DNA of 64,000 nucleotides from Utricularia gibba. Taxonomy: Eukaryota; Plantae; Magnoliophyta. Position numbers and translations under genes: made by a program. This document shows, piece by piece, positions 54,886-64,000 of this stretch. The stretch covers positions 7,440,001 to 7,504,000 of the forward strand of contig CM007989.1 in NCBI GenBank assembly GCA_002189035.1, written 5' to 3'. Position 1 is the stretch's first letter. Each line of letters opens with the position of its first letter. The notes under the pieces are model-generated. The model was given only the letters and a program-made list of their open reading frames with translations, was not told the origin of the DNA and searched no databases.

Positions 54886-56406
54886 CTACAACAACTTTTC
54901 CAAGCCATACACCAGATTCTGCGAGCAGACATGAGGAACTTATTTCAATGAGCTCTCAACAATGGCGTATTTCAGCCATGAATGAACATTTAGTTTTACC
55001 TTGAGTCGGATGACTCTTCTGATGGCAAGAATCAGCCCCGGCATGAGAGATTGCACGTCTGTGACATCATGTTTCAGGGTATATATCTGCCAAGCCAACA
55101 AAAATAACAACCTTGAGGCATCCATCATTCATTTTTTATACTTCCAAGAACATAGTTTGTTTATGAAATAAGCCAACCTCCCCGGGCCGTGAGAAATGTA
55201 CAGTTGTGCTACCGGGGATTCCGGGAAGAACCAAACTGTGCACCCTGATTCCATCCTCTCCCACAACTTGACCCCTGGCCTAGAAAAGAGGCATTACAAA
55301 ATGTGAGTTTCCATAAGCTGAAAAATGCGCACAAGGCCTTCCTTCTTCCTACCGCAACATCTGTTGAGATATCTTCCTTGTTATACATCAGCCCAAGGTT
55401 TGTGAGATTGTTGGCTATTTGTATAGCAGTAGGCGTGGGGAAATTCTGCCAGAAGTAACCAAAAGCTAGTAACTTGGAACAAGGTGCACTTGTCATAGAG
55501 ACATTCCAGATGGGGCTTACTTCCTCAGCAGCAGTAGGCCTTGATTCAACTATCTCTACGTTGTTGTAGTGAAAACAAGCTGAGATTGCTGCTTGCTGTA
55601 GTAGCACTGATCCAATTGAGAGCGTTGGCGCCACAAGACATCCCTATTGGATACCCCATGTTAGAGATGTTCAACCCGGATCCAAAATCTGCTTGTTTAG
55701 TGTGGAAGTGTGCGTGTGACCTCTGGCCTCACCATGGTGGCTTTCTCACAGAAAGCCGACAAAGCGTAGACAGTCTCCATTTTGATATGGGGCACATGGA
55801 CGACACTTCTCATTCCAAATGCTGTTGCCTGAGCACATACACCAAGGGAATGGAGATTATAACATTTGCAGAGGATCCAGAGGAGATGTATCGAACTAAA
55901 CCTGTTTGACGTTGTCATAAACTGTTGAAGGGTCTGTGAAATCGACAACTACTGCTGCTTCATTTTGCTGGGAGATGGAAGCCAGCACCATCGTGAGATC
56001 ATTCAGGATTGGAATCTCCAGCGCCTCCTCCAAGTTGCTTACCTGTTATTCAAAAAGCATTGATAGATGAAATCCCAATACCCCAGTGTCGTCGTTTCAG
56101 GCTAACCTTGCCTATATCTTCTCCGACGCGGTGGGAATCAATGGCACCGACGATTTCCATTCCCCGCGCCCTTGTCACTGCCACCACCGCCGCCTTCCCG
56201 ATTTCTTTGGTCGCCCCATTCACGATCACCTGAACGAAATGAAACAACGAGAGCCCGGGATTTCCCTTAATCTTTTCAAACAATTGATCAGACAATGCCA
56301 ATGGTACCTTAATATTGCTCGGAGAAGGCCCCATCGAGCAAGATACTCTAGGAAGAAATGGTCTCCGTGGTTTATAAGCCTGGAGCTTGAAGCTGAGTGC
56401 TTCCAT
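54886..56406 (-). CDS. CRR1: Chloroplast dihydrodipicolinate reductase-like NDH factor CRR1, 9 exons
   Basis: Transit peptide, VIVNGATKEIGKAAVVAV..ARGMEIVGAID, VVVDFTDPSTVYDNVKQATAFG, GCLVAPTLSIGSVLLQQAAISA, EDGIRVHSLVLPG and LMPGLILAIRRVIRLK|NLVYGLEKLL*. Confidence 0.92.
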
Positions 56407-56648
56407 GGCTACTGAAGAAATTCGAGCTTCCGTATCAGAAACAGGATAAGGTTCCCTTTTATTTGCAGACTTAGCTGGGCTGAGGATAAGGTTAATGGCC
56501 TTTTCATTTTCGTACAGCAGCCACGGAAACAATGTACTGTACTTTGTAGAATCCTCATCTGGTTCCAATCTTGTATGTGAAGTAGTACAGATGGGCAAGA
56601 ATGATAAGAAGGCTACAATGAAACGAGCTATTTTTCACATTGAGAATT

Positions 56649-58333
56649 CTACTGGGAGAGAGGCTTGAGTTGTTCGTAGAGTAACCATAGCAGATAACCG
56701 ATGAGTGTATCTCTCAGCAAGTCTCGAGATAGGGAAACCAGCCAGCTCGAGCTTTCTGTTCGAGGAATATTTCCGGTAAGGTCTCGGAACCGGAGGTTTC
56801 CTTGATCTGAGATGAGGGAGTAAATGACTCCGTTCATGTGCCCCCTTCCCATCACTCCTACTACGTTCTTGCTCTTGTTCACAGCTTTGCTTCGCTTCAG
56901 GGACCAAGCTAGAAACTGGGTATGCAATAGTAGAAATCAGGAACCGTTGAAACTCGGATGTAGTGCACATTAAACACATACCACATCTCGTTCATGAATT
57001 AAAGAAGGAAGCAGGGGTGGATATGCATGGCTTAGTTGCTCATAGAGCTGGAAATGGCTGTTTTCATCTCTTGATTCCTGAGCGAAATAATGTTGAATCA
57101 AGAAGAATGGAATAATCGTGAGGTTTATTGCATGTGAAAAAAACTGAACTATCAACCTCTAATGCTTTCTTTGAAAGTTCTGTAGATGTTATTCCACGAA
57201 TGGCCGCTGAAACGAAGCTGAGTTTCTCCTTCCATGTCAATGAATTCCATGCTCTTCCAAGCTGAAAAATGGATACACTGAAACATCTGTTATACAAAAC
57301 AAGTAGATGTCGAGGAAGGTACTGACAGTGATCTCTATTGGACGATCTCCCAGCACCAACTGGGCACCAATCTCTTCACAAGCTCTACGAGCTGCGCGAA
57401 ACTGGAGTGATTGTTCAATCATCTGACATTAGAAAATAATTAAGATATCTATTTTTTATTGAATTTACCTCTTCACCGAAGGGTTGATTGATTTCCGAAG
57501 ATAGTTTTGATGACAGAGTGGCCAAGAGCAGCCGTAGTGCTAGCGCCGTTTGGCCGCCTACAGTGCTCAAAAAGCTCAGGAAGTTCACTGGGAAACATAA
57601 GTTGTGGCATATAAAAACTGATAATGCTAACTAACCCAAATTGACACTTCTGCTGACAGCGCCCAAGAATCCATTCCCAGTTAGAGAAAACATGCTGGCA
57701 CTAAGCTTCTGTTTCTGGTTATCCTTCTCATCTGTGTACATGATCCCAGCTCTGCAAAACAACTGAAAATTGTGATGTTAAGCCGGTGACACTGAACATG
57801 AGCATCAGACCACTTGTTTTCTCAATTGAACATTCATATCCTAGAGAAATATTCATTATACTTCGTTTCCTAAATCCATTCCAGGAAAAATGTTCGACAA
57901 TACGGCATTCAGAGGTCAAGACTCGCCTGCTTTTACAAAGCTCAACAACAATATTTTCAGGCTTCACAGCTCTTATAACCCTTTCAACATGGGAAGCAGA
58001 TTCTTGTGAAATATGCGATGTTCCAATGATCCAAATAACCTGAGGCTCCACAAATTCACCTCTCCAATCCGGAACGGGGCCGTACTGCCTTTTCTCAATC
58101 ATGACCAACTTTCCACTCTCGGCCAAATCAAACAGCTCTGGGTATGATTCCGCTATGTACGCCGTCGACGATTCAAGAACCTCGTTCCTAAAATCGAAAT
58201 CCTGCGGAGGGGGGCGAACCACGGAAGCCGCTCTGCATCTGATCGCCGTCACGGCGTTGACTCTGATATCCAGATTCACTGCCCGGTGGGGGTTATGCAG
58301 GCCCCACGAGACAAATGAAACTGCAGAAGCCAT
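56649..58333 (-). CDS. TraB/PrgY-family protein with a transit-peptide-like N-terminus, 6 exons
   Basis: IWIIGTSHISQESASHVERVIRAVKPENIVVELCKSR|AGIMY, GGQTALALRLLLA, FRAARRACEEIGAQLVLGDRPIEIT, LIHERD and VVGVMGRGHMNG. Confidence 0.92.
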
Positions 58334-58832
58334 TGCTCAATGAGAAACAGAGAGAGGGAGAGAGATGGTAAGAAATACAGGCCTCAAGATGGGCGGATAA
58401 GAAACCTATTGGGCCTAGCCCCAATTGTAAAACTTGAGCCACGTGGCACTGCTTTTCTGGAGCCAGGTGTTTCACGTGATGAAACACGTGGTTGACGCGC
58501 GAAGGCCATTTTATTTGACCGTTAATTAACTGTCACCGACCCGTAAGACAAACAGTTGCACAACGACCCACGCGCCGCCGCCCACCACACGGACGGCAAC
58601 CACCGCAGCCCCTCAGCTGTCAACAAGCCTCGCCACATTGACCATATTCCAACACATTCTATTTGGAAAACAAATATTTCCCATGGCATAGTCAAAATTG
58701 AAAATCTTATATTGAAATTAATAATTATTATTTAAATTTATAATTTTAATAACGTATAGTAATTCAAATAATACGAAAAAAAATAAAATTAAAAAAGGAA
58801 AATGGAAAAAGGGTCAACGTGGGGGAGGAATG

Positions 58833-59006
58833 GGACACGTGTAGAGCTTTCAGTCGCACTCAGCACGAGCAGCTTCTTCTCTGCTCCAGCTGCTGTTTTC
58901 TGGGTCCCCACTGCATCGTTTCCCCAGGCTGTTACCTCTTCATATTCCGTGTTTTCGCGTACAAACCGCAGCTTTCTATTTTCACGCACACCGATCTGTA
59001 TATATA
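58833..59006 (+). promoter_or_regulatory. CBF proximal promoter: ICEr1-like E-box, CGCG box and TATA
   Basis: GGACACGTGTAGA (58833-58845), ATTCCG...CGCGT (58944-58960) and TATATATA (58999-59006). Further CACGTG and CGCG motifs occur at about 58440-58580. Confidence 0.55.
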
Positions 59007-59082
59007 CTTTGGATTCAACTCATGTTTCCCACCATCATTTTCTTCTTCATCCTGCACTCCAAAAGTCAGCTGAGTTTCAGTG

Positions 59083-59805
59083 ATGGAACTGATGATGCAG
59101 CAGAATCTCTCCAGCTGTTGCTCGGATCCGTTCCCCGGTGTGAGTGATGTATTCTGGTCGTCTTCGCCGGAGAATGGGAGCTCCGGGAACAGGACCAGTT
59201 TCTCCGACGAGGAAGTGATTCTGGCTTCCAACAATCCGAAGAAGAGAGCCGGCCGGAAGAAGTTCCGAGAGACACGTCACCCCGTCTATCGAGGCGTGCG
59301 GAGACGGAACTCCGGGAAGTGGGTTTGTGAGGTGAGGGAGCCTAATAAGAAGACTCGGATTTGGCTGGGGACATTCCCCACCGTCGAAATGGCAGCGCGT
59401 GCACACGACGTGGCAGCGATGGCTTTGAGGGGGAAGTCCGCTTGCCTGAATTTCGCAGACTCCGCGTGGCGGTTGCCGGTGCCGGCATCGTCCAATCCCA
59501 AGGATATCCAGAGGGCGGCAGCAGAGGCCGCACAGAATTTCCGCCCAAAATCGACCCAACCCGAAGAATGTAAGGAAACGCAAGAAACCGAATGCTCCTC
59601 CTCTTCCTCCTCCTCCTGCGCCACCGTCGCTCCCACTGTGGAGTCCCCGCTGGATTCGTTCTTCCCAGATGACGATACACTGTTCGGAATGCATGGATTG
59701 CTCAACAACATGGCGGAGGGACTGCTCATGGTGCCACCGCCGCCTTTGTACTACGATGACATGGAAGATGGCTACGACGTGTCACTCTGGAGCTTCTCTG
59801 TCTGA
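59083..59805 (+). CDS. CBF: CBF/DREB1 AP2/ERF transcription factor, intronless
   Basis: [16 protein letters not shown], the AP2 domain, DSAWR and the terminal LWSF: all three CBF signatures are present. Confidence 0.97.
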   Translation: MELMMQQNLSSCCSDPFPGVSDVFWSSSPENGSSGNRTSFSDEEVILASNNPKKRAGRKKFRETRHPVYRGVRRRNSGKWVCEVREPNKKTRIWLGTFPTVEMAARAHDVAAMALRGKSACLNFADSAWRLPVPASSNPKDIQRAAAEAAQNFRPKSTQPEECKETQETECSSSSSSSCATVAPTVESPLDSFFPDDDTLFGMHGLLNNMAEGLLMVPPPPLYYDDMEDGYDVSLWSFSV

Positions 59806-60455
59806 ATTATCTTCCCTCGACGAATTTTGGGTGTGATGGGTACGGACATACAACACAGCAGAGTTCCCTCGTTGTAAAACACACAAAAAAAAGTGTGAAT
59901 TGACATGAATTCTTGCATTAAGTTCAGCAGACGAATACGCAGCTGATGCCCATACAAAGATTAACTCTACTGCAATGGCGTTTGGTTTCAAAACTACCCA
60001 GAACACGCCCACTAACATTCTGTTTAGTTTAAGGTGAGAAAGCAGCAGCTTTATCAAAAGAGATTTCCATTTCTGATGGATGGAGGAACATGCAGTGCAC
60101 TTCCTGGCTTTCGTTTCTGGTGAAAGAGTTGGCACCGGAATGTGTCATGTCTGGTTTAAATATGACAATTTACCCTCCCTCACGCTACAGTCAAAAAGCT
60201 GAGGAGATCCCATGAATGCTTGCTATCCCATCCCTATTCGAGGGAAAAGTTGTGATGCAATATTAGTAGCAATGTTATTAGAATAATTGTTCTATTTAAT
60301 AACATTCTTTTTTTTATTAGATACCATCTCAAAGTATATAGTCTTTCTTACATTCTAAATCTCTTAAATATTCAATATACTTGTTAAATATCACCTCGTC
60401 TCACCACTAATTACTTGTACCAATTTGATTTTAATATCAAATATCACAATTCATT

Positions 60456-60695
60456 CTCATATTACATGATATTGTCTATTTTAAATACTACATCTTTATG
60501 ATTTTACATTTTTTATGAAATCATGACTCGTGCTCATATTACATGATATTATTCATTTCGAATATACAATCTTTATGATTTTACATTTTATATTTTCCAT
60601 GAAACCATAGATCATGTTATTCTTAGTGGATGATATTGTACAATTCGAATACTCAATTCTTATAATTTTACGTTTTATGTTAAATCATGGATCAT
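60456..60695. repeat. Degenerate AT-rich tandem repeat, three units of about 77-87 bp
   Basis: Units start at about 60456, 60533 and 60620 and share ATGATATT...AATA...TTATGATTTTACATTTT...AA(T/C)CAT. The first two begin with an identical CTCATATTACATGATATT. Confidence 0.75.
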
Positions 60696-60978
60696 TCCAA
60701 CTTTAACTTTAAGAGCACTACTCCAGTTGACTCTTCATGAAAGTGTCCCCGCACCCTTGATTTGCCCATGGATAGATGATGGACACGGCGAGGAGGTGAG
60801 TAGGGACTCGGTACTAGTGGATTCAACGGTCAAGTTAATGTTGACTCAATTATTGATTTGTTTAATTCATTTTGGACTGAGCCCTAAATTATTCTTCTCG
60901 TCCTCAAAACAGTATTAAATACCACCCCATTCCTCCACTCTCCCATTTCCACCCCCCACCCACCCCCCCACTATTCCA

Positions 60979-61320
60979 ATGATCCGCGTTCTCTCCTCCT
61001 CCGCCAGCCGCCGCCGGAACCCATCTCCCGGGATGGACGACCCAACCTCCTGGACCTGTTTCGCCGTCGTAGTCATCGCCCTGGTCCTCCTCAGCGGGGA
61101 CAACTACAGCAGCAGCAGCTTCGCGAAGGCCGGGGCGAGCGGCAGGAACCCGAAGCAGCCGCCGTGTGACGAGATTTACGTCGTCGGAGAAGGCGAAACT
61201 CTGCACACAATCAGCGATAAGTGCGGCGACGCCTTCATCGTGGAACGGAATCCGCATATCCACGACCCCGACGACGTCTTCCCGGGCCTTGTTATCAGGA
61301 TTAACCCCTCGAGCGGTTAG
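60979..61320 (+). CDS. Small membrane-anchored LysM-domain protein (At4g25433/At5g62150-like), 113 aa
   Basis: Hydrophobic segment (WTCFAVVVIALVLL) followed by PCDEIYVVGEGETLHTISDKCGDAFIVERNPHIHDPDDVFPGLVIRI. Confidence 0.92.
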   Translation: MIRVLSSSASRRRNPSPGMDDPTSWTCFAVVVIALVLLSGDNYSSSSFAKAGASGRNPKQPPCDEIYVVGEGETLHTISDKCGDAFIVERNPHIHDPDDVFPGLVIRINPSSG

Positions 61321-61742
61321 TCGTGTGCATAAACACTCGTTGCCACGTGTGTATTTCCCGTCTGCTTCCTCTATAAAGTTGTGTGAGGGTAAAAACCAGA
61401 GACGAAGGTCGGCTCCGCCGCCGCCCCGGAAACAACAAGCAATTATCCCACAATACGACACGTGTGTGTATTTATGTAATGATGCTTAGAAAAGAAGACG
61501 ATAAAAAACGTTTATGTGTGGATTTGGGTTTGTAGCTAATCAGACATGCATGATTGAGTACCTATTTACTATTATTACGTTTTATTTAGAATATTTTCAT
61601 ATAATTTCTTAAAAAATACGTAGAAATGGAGGTTTTTCAACCTTTTAAAAATAAGGATTTTAATTTTTTAAATAAAAATCATTTACCACAATCCACGTTA
61701 TTAGTATATATTATGCTCTTATTTTTCAAGAAAAGTATCTCA

Positions 61743-61885
61743 TATAAAACCAATAAAGTTCTTTTATTTAATCACATTTTTTCTTATCTATAACTAATAT
61801 GATGTATTATCACTCATGAAAAATATCCTATAAAACTAATAAAGTTCTTTTATTTTATCTATAACTAATATGATATATTTTCACT
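61743..61885. repeat. Imperfect direct repeat, two copies (61743-61814 and 61829-61885)
   Basis: TATAAAAC(C/T)AATAAAGTTCTTTTATTT...ATCTATAACTAATATGAT(G/A)TATT(A/T)TCACT occurs twice; the first copy has about 15 extra bases. Confidence 0.8.
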
Positions 61886-63282
61886 AGTTACATGACCTTA
61901 CACCCTATCTAATTTAAAACTCAATGGTGTCATGCCCCACCATTGTCACAGGATGAAATTTATAGTTTTACGTTCTTTCTTTCTAAAGAAAAATTCGTAT
62001 ATAAGATTAAGAATACTTTTTTTTATACAAGCACACATCTAATTTATCATTCGTAAATGATGTGGAATTTCGTTACTAGAGCTCTAACCTTGAATTCTCC
62101 ATAACAAAAATATGTTAGAAACGGTTCTATAGAATAAAAGTTGTTCCACCCGTAGATTTGTACTGATTTAGCGGGATGATGGAGGATGCTTGGCGCTTTT
62201 ACCGAACAGGGTTCTGAGACCCTGTGGAGCTAAGTGTAATGGTCTCTCCAACGTCAAATTTGGCTACAAAAATGGACCATTAGGAGCTCTCCAGCGCCAA
62301 TAATGCAGTGCATCATTATGCAGAACGGGAATCAGTGCCATTTAAAAGAGCTTATTCTATCTAAATAAGCTACCCAGGGACCGCTGCCAAGCTTAGCTTT
62401 GCCGGTAGCTGTAAAAAACTGGTACCCAAAATCCTAACCGGAGTTTAATGTAATTGCTCCGGTGTGGGATGTCCCCCACGTAGCTTCCACCACTCTAAAC
62501 TCAATATCATCCCGAGAGGTCACGTCCAGGTTCTGGAAAATGGAAAAGTGAGGCAACAGAAGGTGCTGCGAAGCATAAAACCTGGGGCGGGTCTGATTGC
62601 AGCCTCTGTGAGTGACCCCTTTCAGTACGTTGAATGAAGAGATGGCGACGCATCGGAAAGTTGGATTCCGGCAACCGTCGGACGAATCTCGTTGCTCCAC
62701 GTGAAAGATTAAGATATGGGACGAAGGTGGGGAGCACATCACCCCCCGTGCGGGTGCGGTAAGAGAGTCGTCCACTTGGGAAGGACTCGGCGCTGTCCAT
62801 CCCCCACATTGACGACTGGCTCTTGTTTGCTTTCTGGGTCGGCGAATTAATAATGATGGACTGCTGTCTATTGAATCCGGCATGGGTTGGGTGGTTCTCC
62901 CCTGACTGACCGCCCCTCTTGGTGTCCGGAGAAACAGAATCACCGCCCACGCACGGAAGCTGCCGGCTGCATCACCCATCATTGATTTACAAATTTTTAA
63001 CACACAAGTTTATTGGTAACTAGATAGTTTGGAACTTTGTTTTGAAATTAAAGATTAGATGGATAGAAGTAATACATAAAAATCGAATATACAAGAAACA
63101 TGAATTATATTATAAAAGATTAGATTTAATCGATTATTAATAATCTATACTTTTTTATATACTTGATTATTTTAATTTGATGAAATTCGTTATTCTAATA
63201 ATTTGAACCTATATTCCAAATATCATCATTTGGAAAACGGACTCGATGGGTTCGACCCACTACCGGTGTACTGGAATTTTTT

Positions 63283-63540
63283 TGGGCCTGGAGATCAGAA
63301 TGCTGGGCCTGTTGGGGTTGAGTGGCGGATGGTAGCTGTTGGGCCTGAGATTGATGCGTGGGGACCCAATGAAGGGAGGAGCCCTAGGGGTGCCATGTGT
63401 CACGATCTGGTGAGACCCGAGAGGGGTGAGATTGTCTTGGACCGTTGATTCCGGGGCAGGGGGGTATATAGGGGGTGTAGGCTGGGTGGGGGGCGGGGGT
63501 GGGGGTCCTATTCCAAGCTGTTAGATAAAAAAGTGGGTCC
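63283..63540 (+). promoter_or_regulatory. TCP gene promoter with site II / class I TCP motifs and a TATA box
   Basis: TGGGCC at 63283, 63304 and 63340; GGACCCA near 63362; GTGGGTCC at 63533-63540; TATATA at 63465-63470. Confidence 0.55.
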
Positions 63541-63571
63541 AAAGAACTCGAAGCCGCGGGGAGACGTATAC

Positions 63572-64000
63572 ATGGAACCCATCCATCAAACCTCGCACAA
63601 CGAGAGCCTCCAATCTCCACGTGATGAATCCGCCGACCCGCTTCTCCGCCGAGAGGACTCCATCGCCGCCCTCGAAACTCCGCCTCCGGAGGACGGGACT
63701 GTCAAGGAGGAGCCGTCTGATGTTGATTTATTCGCCGCGTCTGGGTCGATTCAGCATCTAGGCGCGCCGGCTAAGAGATCCAACAAGGACCGCCACACCA
63801 AGGTAGAAGGTCGCGGCCGGAGAATCCGGATGCCGGCGGCTTGCGCTGCACGGATATTTCAACTGACGAGGGAACTCGGTCACAAATCCGACGGCGAGAC
63901 GATTCGTTGGTTGCTCGAGCGGGCAGAGCCGGCGATCATCGAGGCCACTGGAACCGGGACAGTCCCTGCGATCGCGGTCTCAGTCGACGGCGCGTTAAGA
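63572..64000 (+). CDS. TCP: Class I TCP transcription factor (TCP9/TCP19-like), truncated by the right edge
   Basis: MEPIHQ...[71 protein letters not shown]; the frame is open to the window end. Absent from the ORF track because it has no stop in the window. Confidence 0.96.
   Translation, partial: MEPIHQTSHNESLQSPRDESADPLLRREDSIAALETPPPEDGTVKEEPSDVDLFAASGSIQHLGAPAKRSNKDRHTKVEGRGRRIRMPAACAARIFQLTRELGHKSDGETIRWLLERAEPAIIEATGTGTVPAIAVSVDGALR

Noticed and set aside
55170-55190. Suspected fifth homopolymer frameshift at the CRR1 RPGE junction
   Set aside because: A recount shows four C, so the exon ends in phase 0 and the frame is intact.

Overview
Eukaryotic nuclear DNA from a eudicot with an unusually compact genome. 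I can support about 29 protein-coding genes in 64 kb (about 1 per 2.2 kb), mostly with 60-120 nt introns and some intergenic gaps of only 170-300 bp. A Lentibulariaceae genome such as Utricularia is an inference from this compactness, not something shown. Genes in order: SLAH2/3-type anion channel (partial), reticulon, GeBP/Storekeeper-like TF, SGT1, PAM68-like, heat-inducible HSP90, glutaminyl cyclase, an At5g52550-like gene with a conserved-peptide uORF, fibrillarin, DCR/PEL3 BAHD acyltransferase, AAE3, beta-tubulin, HMA-like protein, PMT methyltransferase, MIC60, RraA-family protein, NT-C2 coiled-coil protein, cytochrome b561, remorin, CFIm25, a small complex I subunit, PP1 inhibitor-2, rhomboid, NRPB6, CRR1, TraB-family protein, CBF/DREB1, a LysM protein and a class I TCP (partial). 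Signals the ORF track misses: two tandem box C/D snoRNAs in fibrillarin intron 5; a conserved uORF whose ancestral stop appears displaced by a 4-nt duplication; a strongly diverged CFIm25; five GC-AG introns and one U12-like donor; and a TATA box inside a G-tract cluster. Four frameshifts in three genes all lie in G/C homopolymers and are most likely assembly errors. No CRISPR array, rRNA, tRNA or intact transposon was recognised. All homology calls come from recognising the translated sequence, not from database searches.
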